A stretch of DNA of 64,000 bases from Lama glama (GCA_028534125.1 CM052817.1:63242001-63306000); one strand, 5' to 3'; positions 38,153 through 51,744 are shown, numbered from the stretch's first letter. Notes: generated from the sequence alone by a model not told the origin. Program-made: numbers and translations.

Positions 38153-39234
38153 AGAAAGCCAGTTCAAAATGTCCCCCTCCATCAACAGAAATAATAATAA
38201 ACATGCTAATGTCTGCAGAGAGAATGAATTGACAGAGAAAACATGGACGTAGAGATTCCAGAAAAACAGAAGAACTCTACATTCTGTGTACAAATAAATT
38301 TAGCCTTCAGAATTTAGTTGTTCAAAGGCTGATACTTAAGGGTGGTTAACTTTGAAAAAGTAAGCGAAGACTAAGCATGAGTGAAGATACAGTCAATAGT
38401 CTATGCAGTTCACTTTAGACTTACAGTCTTGTTTTAGCAATTGAGATTGACATTTACTAGAACCTATTCCTTTGTATTAAAAAGCTGTAAACTTACCATC
38501 TCTTCCATCATTTGTATCTGCATCAAGGCTGTACTCTCTCCTCTCTCTAGTAAACATTTACCTGTATGGGATATAAAGACATGCAATTATCAACTGCAAA
38601 TTTATGTTTCTTTGAAATGTGGATTATATAAAATCTACCTGTTTATTTTCTAAGCTTAGGCTTAATACAATTACTAGGTTTTCTAGAACTTAAACCATTT
38701 ATCTAGGTACTTAGTGATATAAAGACTTATCACTGAATATTCTCTTGACAAAAGGGATCTTCACTTTTAAAGAAAGGGTTGTTTCCGTAGCCTTTAGAAA
38801 TAATGTCCTGGAAGAGTATTTGACATTTAAAATACCTTAAATAAATACAAATAATGGTAATCACATAGAACTTATCATTATCTGAGAAAAATTTGCTTCT
38901 TTCTTAAGTACCTAAACAGTTCATTGTTTATTTTATCTCCTCAGAGGTATGTTGACATTTGCATTCTGATGTTTCCATACACACAGGCATTTCTAGATAA
39001 AAGTTCTTTTCATTAGTATATCATTATATCATTGAGACTTGCCTCAACACACCTCATTTTATCTGTATACTTGCAAGTTGGTGTACCAAATAAATATTTC
39101 TGACCAAATCAAATAGGTGATGTATAAATAAGATTTTTATGATCACAACGAAGGTGTGTATGTCATGATGAGTTCACTGCTTAACAGGACCTTATATTGA
39201 ATGAATGCATCAATTAAGAGAAGGAAAGCTAAAC

Positions 39235-39846
39235 TGAGATGAGAGGGAAGGGGGTAGGACATAGCCATTAAAAGAGTGGCACAGCAATTAGCACCAAGAT
39301 GGCGGAAAAGTCAACTCCCAATAGACCTGGAGGCTCAAGATGGTGGGAGATTTGACCTCCAGTGAACCTTGAGCTTCATTATACACATTGTAACATACTA
39401 GCATGGTGAATGACACACCCACAGGCAATATGACAGTTCTGAAGCTAACCATCAAAGGTCAAAGAGAAGGCAGTGGCCCAATTCCTAGGAATCCCCACCT
39501 TCCTTAAAGTAGTTGGAATAATCCTCTCACTTGTTAGCATATTAAAAGCTAGGATCATTGCACCTCTCTCTCACTTACCTTCTGAGATGGCCCATACTCT
39601 ATGAAGTGTGTATCTACTTTTACTTTAAACATGCAATCCTGTACCTCTCAGCCTTTCTCTTGCCTTATGAGATAGCCTGCACTCTGTCTATGTCTCTCTA
39701 AATAAATCTACTTTTACTCAACTATGGCTCACTCTTGGATTCTTTCCTGAACAAAGCCAAGTACCCTAATTTGGCAGGATCTGCAAAGGACTCTGCCTAG
39801 ACCTGGGACATGGCCATCCTCTTGCCCCCCATTTTTTCCTGTATCG
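39235..39846 (+). mobile_element. MER41-like ERV1 solo LTR with a 4-bp TSD
   Basis: aaac at 39231-39234 and 39847-39850; MER41 hallmarks ccaagatggcg, tagcatggtgaatgacacacccacaggcaatatgacagtt, gaataatcctctcacttgttagcatat, aataaa...ttctttcctg. Confidence 0.8.
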
Positions 39847-40831
39847 AAACAATTAACAACTTTGTTAATAAAGATAGGCCATACCTTCATCTCTTATTTT
39901 TCTGTGATAGGAAACAACTTTCAACAGATAGAATAAAAATAAATCATAACTATATATCTACATGTTGATTATTTTTTACCAAAGTTAAATAAGCTATTTA
40001 TTTATTTGTTAAAAGTACCTGCTGTATGTTTGGTACAGTTATTATGGAGATTCTAATGATGATGTGATGTTTGGTAATCAGTAAGTAGCTTAAGTTATAG
40101 TAGAACAAATAACTATTCATACAATAACATGTTCTATAATTTAGTCATTTTAAATAAAGATAAAAATTAGAAGCAGATTACAAAGAAAATTAATTTCCAT
40201 TGGAAACTGCATCATAGAAAACAGCCTTGAAAGATGTAATGAAAGGGAAGGCATTTTACAGTACCATTTATTTTTCACATTATTTTTTAAGTATTCTGTA
40301 ATATTGTCACGTTTGTTTCTGGCAAAAATTCTACAAATTGAATATTGCTTTTTTCATATTATGGATGAGTAGTCTTGTCTTGAAGAATTATGATTATTGA
40401 CCAGAGCCCAAATTATCCTGCTACCAACAAGGTCAGAGACAAAGTTTGAACTTGGGTGTATCTGATTCCAAAGCCTGTATCCTAAATTAGGCCACTATAT
40501 TTGACCCTTTCTGAGGAGAGATGATGACTGCAAAACTAATTGGGTAGACCGGTGGAGTGAATACCTGAAAAAAGTGAGTGGGGTAGGGCAATAGTGATGG
40601 AGATGCATTTGCCCATGTTTATCTGTTTAGACACATAAATGAAAAGAAAACTCAGAATGAAGTACAGACCTCTCACCATAGTTCCTATGCTCCTTGGTGA
40701 TCTGACCCAGGCCTGTTTCACTGATTCTGTTGCCTACTGTCCTCTCCCTGATCCATAATGGCACTTTTTCTTTTGGAAAGCATCTTCCCACTTTTGGCCT
40801 GTTAACACTAACTCTTTTCTCTCCTTTCTTC

Positions 40832-41358
40832 TGTTATGGAGGAAAAAAATTTTCCTCTTTCCTTCTTGGTTCTTCTGATTGGTCTAAGAGTTAAATTGAC
40901 ATGACACAGATTAACAGGAGAAAATTCAAAATTTAATAACATGTCTACATGGGAAAGAAAAGAAAACTGAATAACTGGGCAAAATGGCTGAAGCCAACAC
41001 ATTAAATACTATCCTCCACTAAAGAGGATATTGAGGGTGGAGAGAGTCAGTTATGGTAGGTTACCAGGAGAAGCACAGTAAACAAGGGTAAGGTTGTTAT
41101 GTAAATTCAAGCTTCAGCCTTACTATCCATTGATAAGAGTTTATAAATATTTTGTCATCATCCTCTTCTTGGTACAGTGAGGAAAATACCCTTATAAATA
41201 GAAATTTTCCTTACAAATGTAACTGTTTCTTACAAAAGGGTAACTCCTACTTGGTCTTCAGAGTTTTCCCCATGTCTATTGTTTCTTAGAAAATAACCAG
41301 CTTAAAATAATTAATATACCAGAGACATATTTTTGAGTGGCAAATTCTGCTCCACACA
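40832..41358 (-). mobile_element. MER34/MER39-like ERV1 solo LTR with a 4-bp TSD
   Basis: TG...CA termini; cttc at 40828-40831 and 41359-41362; aattgacatgacacagattaacaggagaaaa; aaaataattaatataccagagacatattttgagtggc. Confidence 0.8.
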
Positions 41359-41499
41359 CTTCCAAATCTTACCTGCTTCCTTCTTACTATTCACATTTGA
41401 CCTCCTCAAAGACATCTTTAGTTTCTCGATCTGAAAATCTGTCCCTCTCATTAAAAAAAAAACTGCTCCCACCTATCCTTGTAGCTATGATATTCCCAT

Positions 41500-41756
41500 C
41501 TTTTCCACAGCATTTATCCCACCATTTGCTGCCCCTAGAAGCTCATACTTCATTTCCTTTGTCTTGTTCTTTTCTTAGAAATGCTGTATAAACCCAAGCT
41601 CTAGGCACCTATTTGAGTTACTCAGTACTGAGTGTTCTTGTTCTTTTTTTTTTTTCTTTTTCTTATCAGTCTGCCTTTTGTTAGTCTGATTTACAGAACC
41701 TCTAATCAGAGAACCCAGGAAGGGTAGAGGAAAAAGATGATTTTTCCTCCCCTACA
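41500..41756 (+). mobile_element. 3' part of a second MER34/39-like LTR
   Basis: gtataaacccaagc...tgttagtctgatttacag...gaagggtagaggaaaaag...ttcctcccctaca. Confidence 0.6.
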
Positions 41757-43146
41757 GTGATCACCTCAATTTAAGTCCCAAATAATTATATTTGGATTAA
41801 GTAGATTTTGATTATCCAACAGTTTAGCTCTCTGTGTACACATCTATCTTTCAGTCTGATCTATACTAAATAATGAGTGTTTGTAATTTCAATGTTTTTA
41901 AAGTATATTTTTAAATTAGTTAAAAACTTCTGGACATGTGTTATTTCTATAATTATTATTTTTAATCTTGTGAGTAATGGGTTAAAAAATCCCAATTTTG
42001 TAAAACTTTAACTGCCTTCCAAAGAAATATTTAGAAAATACATAATGGCTCTTGACAGACAGACACCAATGTAGGACTAAGGTAGCTACTACCTATTAAT
42101 TTTTTTAATGTTAAAACCCAGTGTTTCTTTTTATTTTCTTCTTAGTCTTTTCTAATTTGTATTTTATGCAAATTCTTTCTCAGCTAAGTTTGTATTTTCA
42201 TAGCTTTCCTCCTCATCTGAACTTTCAAATAATCAGATGTTTGCTGTGTCACATGCTTTGGAATCTTTGAATCAGAAAGATCTAAAACAAAGTGCAAGCT
42301 GACATGTTCAGACTATATAATTCAAGAGAAATTTCCTGAGAAAATTCCTGTTCAAATCCTATTTTCCTTGTTTGTATAATAAAACTAGTAGATACATTCA
42401 GATTTTATTGTAGGATTACATTAACTAGAATGAGTAATAATATATAAAAATGCCTACCCCAGAACTTGAGCATTAGTACACGTACAATACGGAGTTTTTT
42501 TCAGAAAAATAGCCAATATGGCTATGATTTTGGCAGAAGATGTTAGTCTCATACTTCCCACGTCATTATACATGGAGAGGTCCTGCTTAATATCTAAACT
42601 TCAGTTCCTGAAGTTGTGCAGAAATTTATAAAATCTTTTATCTTCTACTAAAAGAGATTGTGCCATTCTCTATTTTTTTCTCTAAAATACAATTTACCTG
42701 TATAAAGAATATATTAAAGATAAGAGAGGTAGAAAGTTCATTCAACTATTGTAAAAATCTATGATTTGAAAAAATATCGATTAACGCAACAACATATACT
42801 ATAAACTAAGAGTAAAGATTCTGTTTCTAGAATTGAGTGAACACAATCCACCCTCTATAACCCACTGAATGTAGCTATGGAAACAAAATCCATGAGACAG
42901 CTATTTGGAGACTCTGAAAAATAAATAATGATAGGAGAATTGAGGAAGAATACCAGTGTTCAAAGCACTATTGACCATCAGTGAGTCTACCATTATTTTG
43001 TCCCCTAGCATAAATTTAATGCATCCTGAAATCTGGACGAGAGAGAGCTCCAAGAAAAGTCCACTAGTCCAGCTTGAAGAGCAAGAAAGAGATGTCCCAA
43101 TGTCAGAAAGAGTAAGGAAAGTTGCCAGATTTTTTCTTTTTCTTCC

Positions 43147-43716
43147 TGAAGCTGAGCAGGACCCTGGGGCCCTCTAGTCTTTTTGAGTTTCTCTCCGTTT
43201 CTTGTTTGTACAATAAAAGCTTTAGCCTCCTAGACCTTCCCTTTGTTCCAAAGGACAGATTCAAACAGTTCCTAATTAGAGAAGGGAGGCAATGCAGAAC
43301 CAAAGAGGAGCAGTTAAGAAATAATAGTGCAGCTATAAAGCAGAGTCCTGATTGCTCCTCAAGGGATATATATAACAATATATCTTGAGTTCTCCTGTAG
43401 GAACTAAGTCCCCCACCTCTAAAATACAATACAGGTGGAGAATAGTAACTTCAAGCTGAGCACGAGATTCCTCGAACACTGTTACGCTGTTACCTCACCA
43501 CTAACCAATCAGAACAAAGAGACACAGCTCTCATCCCAAATTTTGCTTGTAAAAACTCTTCATCAAAAATAATTATGGAGTCCTAGTTTTTTGAGCATGA
43601 GCTTCCCGTTCTCTTTGCTTGGTCTTGCAATAAATCTTTCTCTGCTCCTTTTTCTGATGTTTTTGGTTTGTTTGGACTCACTGTGCATTGGACACATGAA
43701 TTTGCATTCAGCAACA
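43147..43716 (+). mobile_element. ERV1 solo LTR with a 4-bp TSD
   Basis: TG...CA termini (tgaagctgagcaggacc...cattcagcaaca); ttcc at 43143-43146 and 43717-43720; CCAAT and AATAAA present. Confidence 0.85.
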
Positions 43717-44584
43717 TTCCTTGTCTCTGTTCTCTTGGTGCCCTAGGACTCAAATGATTCTGTGAAAGCAGTAACAACATGGACTACAATGGTGACCAAG
43801 TGCATAAATCTCTACAAAGGGGATCTTCCTCAGTGTTCATGGAGCTGGGGTCCTTAGAGGATGGGGAAATGCCCATTTACCTTTTTTTCCCCTTTTTATC
43901 CTCCCACTTCTTAGTTGAAAACATGGGTAATGTTGCAGAAGTGTACAGCATATTGAGGTAAATTGAGACTCAATTTTTTGCCCAAGGATAAGAAAAGGTG
44001 AGACCCAGAGAATTAGAATATGCCTGGGCAGTGGTGCAGAGGGGTCAACTCAGAAGACTGACCCCTTAAAGTTGTTTATAAACTCACCTCTGAACTGAGC
44101 ATGAGTGGATCTTCCTCTAAATAGCATACATAGCGTTTGAAACCTGACTACAAGATAGAACATTATTCAAGTTCCACACTTAGTAGTAAATTTGTAGGAC
44201 AAATTAGGTTAGTAATACAAAAGTTTGAAAACTAAACTGATATTAGAATCATAACACATAGGATACTGGTTGGAACTTGTAGCCTGAACACAACTGGGTC
44301 AGTTGTTTGTAAAACAAAAACCTCTTTTTTAATTTATATATATCTTTTGTCTGCTTACAAAGCAACAATACCAACGTTTTCTATAGATGTTAAATAAAAC
44401 CCTAAGTCTCATAACATTAAAATGTGTAGAACGCAATCCAAAATTGCTAAACATATGAAGAATTAAGAAAATTTCAGCTTCAATGGGAAAGACAGTTGCC
44501 AACATTGAGATGACATAAATGTTGAATTTACTGGACAGAAACTTTGGACTTTATTCAGATTATAAACTTCTGCTCTACAAAAAG

Positions 44585-45046
44585 TTTTGTGGACACAATG
44601 GGGCAGCCTCTTGGTGAGCCAGTGACATGTGAGTTGGTAAAAGAATTTACCAGAGACAAAGTATGGAAATAGAAAGGAGTTTATTAGGGTTTGCTGTTGT
44701 AGACAACAGCGGGCCACACAGATGAGAGGTGGCTTGTGTGAGCACTGAGGGCCACTTGTTGGGGTTTTTTATAAGATCTGGTCACAGTGTGCCTGATTGG
44801 CTTGTGCACAAGTCCCTGATTTGGAGGAGGTTTAGGGTCCCTGAAGGGTGGTAGGGTTTATAACTCAGGTAAGATGGGCTAAAGCAAGCCAGCCTGAGCT
44901 ATAATGAGATTAGGCATTAACTAGGGCTATTAGTTTGTTAGGGCAAACAAACCCAGTAAAGAATGTACTTTATCTGGTGAAAGAACACAGCTGAGAGCCC
45001 AGGAAAGGGAGTCATTGGACTTTGAAGGACATCAGTTGGCCCAACA
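44585..45046 (-). mobile_element. Solo ERV LTR inserted in L1 ORF2
   Basis: Interrupts L1 aacttctgctctacaaaaag|...|aaaaacactactaag; minus-strand AATAAA (tttatt), TATA (ttttata) and CCAAT (gattgg). Confidence 0.75.
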
Positions 45047-46847
45047 AAAAACACTACTAAGAATTAAATTATAGGCCATAGACTGGGAGAAAATGTATGC
45101 AAAACATATGATTGATGAAGAATTGGTATCCAAAATACAAAGAACTCTTAAAACTCAACAATAAGAAGAAAAATGTGAATAAATATCTCACCAAAAGAGA
45201 CACACAGGTGGAAAATTATTATATGATAGAATGTTCAATATTGTATGTCATTAGGGAACTGCAAATTCAAATAATATGATAACCGCAGAACACCTATTAG
45301 AACTGTAAAAATCCAGAACACTGACAACACCAAATTCTGGCAGGATTGTGGAGCAGGAGGAACTCTGATTTATTGCTGGTGGGAATGCAAAACGGTTCAG
45401 CCACTTTGGGAGGTAATTTGGCTGGTCTTACAAAACTAAGCATACTCATACCTTATGGTTCAGCAACCACACTCCTTGGTGTGTACACAGATGAGTTGAT
45501 ATGCACACAAAAACTTACATATGAATGTGTATAGCAGCTTTATTCATAATTGCTAAAACTTGAAAGCAACCAAAATGCCCTTCAGTAGGTGAATAGGTAA
45601 ACTGATGCATTCATACAAAGGAAAGTTATTCAGTAATTTAAAAAAAGAAGTATTAAGCCACAAAAAGACATGAAGGAATCTTAAATGTATTTTACTAAGT
45701 GGAAGAAACCAATCTTAAAAGGCTACTTAGTGTATAATTTCAACTGTAAGACATTCAAAAAGGTGAAAAGGGTGAAACTATGGAAAACATAAAAATATCA
45801 CTGGTTGCCAGGGATTTGGCAGGAGGGAGGGAAGTATGAATATACAGAGCAAAGGGGATTTTTAGGGCAGTTAAACTATTCAGTATGATACTGTGATGGT
45901 GGATAAATGTCATTGCGTATTTGTCAAAACCCACAGAATGTACATTGCAAAAAGTAAAATCAAATGTAAACTGTGGAGTTTAGTTTAAACTGAACTATGA
46001 ACTTTGGTCATATATTATATATTAATAATGATAAATATTGGCTCATCAACTACTGCAAAATTACTACACTATTGCAAGATATTTATAATAGTGAAGATTG
46101 AGGGGGAAGGAGTATGTATAAACTCTGAACTTTGCACTAAATTTTTTCTAACAACCTAAAACTGCAGCCAAAAAACCTATTAAATATTTTTAATGATTTT
46201 AAAATCTATGGATTAAAGAGAAAGGCTTAGGAAAATTAAACATTATTTTTATATGAACACCATTGAAAATGCAAAATACCAAAATTTTCAGTATTCAGAG
46301 AAAGCAGTATTTAGAGTACATAGTTCTAAATACTAATAATAAACATATGTAGAGAGCTATTGTAGTATTGTTATAGTAAGTCTTAAAAGTGGGTAGTGCA
46401 ATTTTTTCAGCTATTCTTCTTTTTCAAATTGTTTTGAACATTTTGCCTTTTCATTCAGTTTTAGAGAGCCACACTATTTGCACAGACTTAACGCATGTAG
46501 CATTCTCAATTTGGCCAAAGATCTAGCAGGAGGATTTCTTTCACATAGAGTGGCTGCAAACTCACATGTCCAGAATTAGTTTCACTTATTTTCTTTGGGA
46601 GATCTCGTGAGGGCTTAAGACAATTAAAGAACTAATCAGCTATGCTTTGCCTGCAGTGTGTTCCAGTTTGTTTCTTCATAGCAAAGTCACTGTTAACCAT
46701 GTTTTCCTTTTCAGTCTCTGGATCTGTCCTCCAGCTGGGACAAAGCTGCAGTCTCTGAGAGCAACATGCTCTTACTTGTTTGGGAAAGGATTTGAGATAG
46801 TTGTGCAGGGCTAGTGGCACTGAGAACACTAGGTGTATCCTCTATGG

Positions 46848-47067
46848 CAGTGATCCTCAACCAAGGGTAACTTTGCTCTCTGGGGGATGTTTGTCAATAT
46901 CTGGAGACATTTTTAGTTGTCACAACTGGGGATAAGGGTGATACTAGCACTTAGTGGGGAGAGACAAGGCATGCTACTGCTAAATATCCTACAATACATA
47001 AGACAGTACCCCACAACAAAGAATTGTCTGGCCCAAATATTAATATTGCCAGTACTGCAAAACACTG
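46848..47067 (+). mobile_element. MER20 (hAT-Charlie) DNA transposon
   Basis: cagtgatcctcaacc...tctggagacatttttagttgtcacaactgggg...ccccacaacaaagaattgtctggcccaaa...aaacactg; 8-bp TSD ctctatgg/ctctgtgc. Confidence 0.9.
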
Positions 47068-48494
47068 CTCTGTGCACTCATTCATCTTCACAAGGATTGG
47101 ATACATTTTTTCAATTTATGCCTCTTCTAATTATGTCAGTTATGTCAGGCAAACCTTAGACGAAAGCTCTTTGGAGATGATATCTCCAAGAATGCATTTG
47201 TTGTGCAATATCTGTCAAAGCATAAAACCTTTAGAAGTATTTATGTTACTTTCTTAATTGTCTGAACAGTCTTAGGAACCTTTTGCAGTCTGGTTGAACT
47301 TTCCAAGTCCAAGGGTCTTTGTTAACTTGTGTTTGAGGTGAATCTTCCATTTTCCAGTTTTGGTGTACAAATACTCAAAATAAAATATATGCCTCATGGT
47401 TACTTGTGATAAAAAGGCTTGAAAGTAAAGCATATTAAGTGATTCTTTTGGAATACTATTATAGTATTATGCTTTTTTATTTTCTTACGTATATCCAGAG
47501 AGGTCACATGCTGTTATGTTCCATTTACCCTCAAAGAACCAGTGTCAAAAGAAAAAAAATCAGTATTTGGATTGTGTAAAAAGATAAAATTAATCATTGA
47601 ATTGACACAATTTTAACTAATTGAATCAAAATGTGAGAGTCACATTGTCACTTGAAAGACACAGAGCACTACCTTATGTGATTTTGTCAAGCATTTGTAA
47701 GACTTATGAAACTATTCAGTGGTTGGTAGCCATTAAGTGCATCTCAGCTTACTTTGTGCCTAGGACATTGCTTTAATATGAGACTACATTGGAAATTGAT
47801 ATTTAACAAAAATTTTAAAGAATAATATAAATATTTAAGTATAATGCAGCTATGTCTTAAACATTAAGTGCATAGTGAGCAATTATCTGCATAGTGAGAT
47901 TAAAAATGAGTACAATCTGTAACCAATATGGAAATGCCAATAATGTACCAAGGTTGTTCTACTTCAGCCTGAAAATGAGGAATCAATACGAAAGTCTATT
48001 CAAGCTCAGAAAAATGGAGACTTGCATAATTGTCCAGTTAATTTAATAAATGTAGACAGCTGACCTAGATAAATCAAATTGTAAAGAACTCTTTTACCTC
48101 ATTAGCATTTTTGGCCTGAATTATCCAGATAATTATTCCAATTTTCTACATCACTTTGCCCATATTGACAGAATGTCTTTCAATTTTTCATGTAAATGCC
48201 TTTCTTCTGTACTGCTCGAAGCCCAGCAAGGTGTGTGTCTTTTATGATGCAAATCTAGCATTTCCGTGTTTTGTTGATACTTTTCAAACTGTTATATTTT
48301 CTATTTGTATAACCTTTAATTCCCTATAGATAATTTGACCATGATGGTGCCAAGAGACCTATTTATGCACTATACAATTCTGAATAGAAAACATTTCTTG
48401 GCTATTCTGCTCTATTTTTTCTTCACTTATATGTCGTTTATTTGAATTTCTGCAGTACATGCCTTTCCTTTTCTTTTGCTCCTAGTATATTTCT

Positions 48495-49127
48495 TTTGTT
48501 TGTTTGTTTTAATTTTATTTTTCTAATCAAAGTGTAGTCAGTTTATAATGTATTAATTTCTGGTATACAGCATAGTGATTCAGTTATATATAGATATAGA
48601 TATAGATATATATTCCTTTTCATATTCTTTTTCACAGGCTATTACAAGGTATTGAATATAATTCATTGTGCTATACATAGGACCTTATTGTTTTTATGTT
48701 TTATATATAGTAGTTAGTATCTGCAAATCTCGAACCCCCAATTTTACCCTTCCACTCCCCTCATTCCCCACTGGTAACCATAAGTTTGTTTTCTATGTCT
48801 GTGAATCTATTTCTGTTTTGTAAATAAGTTCATTTGTATCATTTTTCAGATTCCACATATAAGTGACATCATATCGTGGTTTTCTTTCTCTTTCTGGCTT
48901 ACTTCACTTAGTATGACAAGCTCCGGGTCTATCCATGTTGCTGCAAATGGCATTATTATTTTTTGTATGTCTGAATAATATTCCATTGTGTGTTTTATAT
49001 ATATATATATATATATAACATATATACCACAACTTCTTCATCTAGTCATCTGTCAATGGACATTTAGGTTGCCTCCATATCTTGGCTGTTGTAAATAGTG
49101 CTGCTGTGAACATTGGGGTGCATGTAT
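48495..49127 (-). mobile_element. 5'-truncated L1 3' end (cetartiodactyl type)
   Basis: T-rich tail, catagtgattcagttatata, tggtaaccataagtttgttttctatgtctgtg, gattccacatataagtga; TSD core tatatttct at 48486-48494 and 49132-49140. Confidence 0.88.
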
Positions 49128-49765
49128 CCAATATATTTCTAATTAGTCAGTAAAGCCTAGTTCATTTGATGACCTGGTTTATACCTACTTATGTAGCAAT
49201 TTTGTATTCAAGATGTTTCAAGCTTCTATTTCACATTGCATAAACTAGTATGATTCAGTTTTTCTATGTCTAATCAGAAAATTCTTATCTTGAATAATTT
49301 GAGATTATTTGATTATTTGGATGGGATTATAGAGAATATATTATGGAAAATAGATACTATTATAACTGCAGCCATCATTTATATTACTGTTAGTCCAAGA
49401 CCAATTAGGGTAGGGGAAGAAGGATATGAGACGTATGGAGGCTCAATCCAAAACATTGCTTAATTATTTTTCATAGCTTCATTCATCATTTGTAATATAT
49501 ATGAATAAAAATTCACTTTTCTGCTATAGATGTTAAAATTAATCTGCATAAGGAAGTAATAAACTGAGAAACTGTAGAATCCTGAATCAATCCTAGGCGT
49601 CACTCACCATTTGATTAGTGAATCCAATGCTTGTTTATTACTATTCTCTATAATATTTTGCTTCTAATTTTAGTAGTAGCATACATTTATGTAACTTTTT
49701 CTTTATTCCAAGTTTTCAGATTCTTTACTGTTGTGACTTTTTAATTGCATTTACTCGTAAGCCAA

Positions 49766-50590
49766 TAGATTAGTTAGCTATTGTATAACATATATTTCCT
49801 AGATTTAGTGAATTAAAAACAATCATTTATTATAATTCATAAGTCTGCAGGTCATCTGGGCTATTCTGCTAATCTGGATTACGTGGATTGTTTATACATA
49901 TGAGGTCTGTTGTTGGGTTGGCTGGGGGCTGGCTGGTGTTTGATTGCCTCACTCACAAGTCTGAAGGTTAGCTATCAGTGGGGGAAATAGGATAAACTAG
50001 ACCACATGAGTCTCATCATCCAGCATCTTAGGTGATCTTGTTTACGTAGCCATCTCAAGGTTCCACAAAAGGGAAAGCAAAAACAAACAAGGGTTAGAAT
50101 TCACCTGAATTCTGTTGTACTCGATTGGTCACCACAAATTACAAGGGCAGCCCACATTCAAGGGGTAAGGAATAAATGCTACTGCTTAATGTATGATTTG
50201 CAGTGTTACACTGCAAATATGGTATGGCTATAGAGAAAATATTAATTATAACTATTGTTTGTAAATGATATTCCACAATCAACTTCCTGGCCACAATTGT
50301 TCACATCCATCCTATTTCAAGAGTCTCAGAATTCTGATCCACTTATGTTATTACACTCAAAGTACAGAATCTCATGATTTATATCAGGTTTTGATATATT
50401 ATAATTCACATAAAAAGACAAATTGTCTGACCTCATTCATGTAACTTATAAAGGAGGAACAGAGACAGATTAACTATAAAACCCAGTGGTACCCAAGGAG
50501 GGAAAGAATGAGAGGTCCACTTGTAGTCACTGGTCCATAGTGATTCTGAAATCCTGCAGATTAATATTGTCATGACTCCTAAATGTGGAG
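49766..50590 (-). mobile_element. MLT1 LTR (to ~50277) followed by an MLT1 internal fragment
   Basis: tagttagctattgtataaca...aattaaaaacaatcatttat...gattggtcaccacaaattacaagggcagcccacattcaaggg; then int-like gtagtcactggtccatagtgattctgaaatcc. Confidence 0.7.
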
Positions 50591-50963
50591 GAGTTTAAGT
50601 ATTTGAGCTTTTGTGAATGTGCTTCTTTGTATCTATGTATGTAGCTAATTGTATTTTTTCTAATTTCACAGCTATAGAACTATTATGAAAGTGTACTGTA
50701 TTATTGTTAGTAATTTAGCACAAGACTGGGAGATTTAGGAAGTATGGGTGAACAAAAACTGCACATAAAATCGCTGTTTATGTTCTCCTTCAGAGGTAAC
50801 CACAGATAACACTGTACATGTTTTTAAGCATTTTGAAACTACATTCAATTTTTATTAAAAATAAAAAACCAAAATATAATACAGTATATATGGAAAATAT
50901 AGTATACAGACAATCTAAATAATTTTATGTAAAAATATTTTTCTATTTTAATATGTAGTTTGC

Positions 50964-51463
50964 NNNNNNNNNNNNNNNNNNNNNNNNNNNNNNNNNNNNN
51001 NNNNNNNNNNNNNNNNNNNNNNNNNNNNNNNNNNNNNNNNNNNNNNNNNNNNNNNNNNNNNNNNNNNNNNNNNNNNNNNNNNNNNNNNNNNNNNNNNNNN
51101 NNNNNNNNNNNNNNNNNNNNNNNNNNNNNNNNNNNNNNNNNNNNNNNNNNNNNNNNNNNNNNNNNNNNNNNNNNNNNNNNNNNNNNNNNNNNNNNNNNNN
51201 NNNNNNNNNNNNNNNNNNNNNNNNNNNNNNNNNNNNNNNNNNNNNNNNNNNNNNNNNNNNNNNNNNNNNNNNNNNNNNNNNNNNNNNNNNNNNNNNNNNN
51301 NNNNNNNNNNNNNNNNNNNNNNNNNNNNNNNNNNNNNNNNNNNNNNNNNNNNNNNNNNNNNNNNNNNNNNNNNNNNNNNNNNNNNNNNNNNNNNNNNNNN
51401 NNNNNNNNNNNNNNNNNNNNNNNNNNNNNNNNNNNNNNNNNNNNNNNNNNNNNNNNNNNNNNN
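50964..51463. other. Assembly gap (500 N)
   Basis: Run of exactly 500 N. Confidence 1.
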
Positions 51464-51744
51464 GTCTGCTATTGGATTCTTTAATACATTCTGTTGCATG
51501 CATATTTTCTGTTTTAGTGACATCTTCTCTATATTTCCTTTTTTCTTTACATTTATTTTGTTGCTCTTTTCTCACTTATTAAATTGTCTGCTTAATTTAA
51601 GTAATTTTTAGTTTTTTTCCCTAATATAAGTATTTAGAACTATTACAGAATTCCCTATAAACAGAACTTTAACAGCATTCCTCGAATTTTGTTCTAAATA
51701 TTTCCTAAGTTTTATCATAATTTTTAACGGTAAATTATTTAAAT

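Larger units (their letters stand above)
42810..46190 (+). mobile_element. L1MC/L1MD-type element(s): a 5' region joined near 44545 to the late ORF2/3' UTR, hosting two LTRs
   Basis: ORF1-start-like gagatgacataaatgttgaatt; late ORF2 aaacttctgctct...gactgggagaaaatgtatgcaaaaca...tatttgtcaaaacccacagaatgtaca...aacctaaaactgc. Confidence 0.75.
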
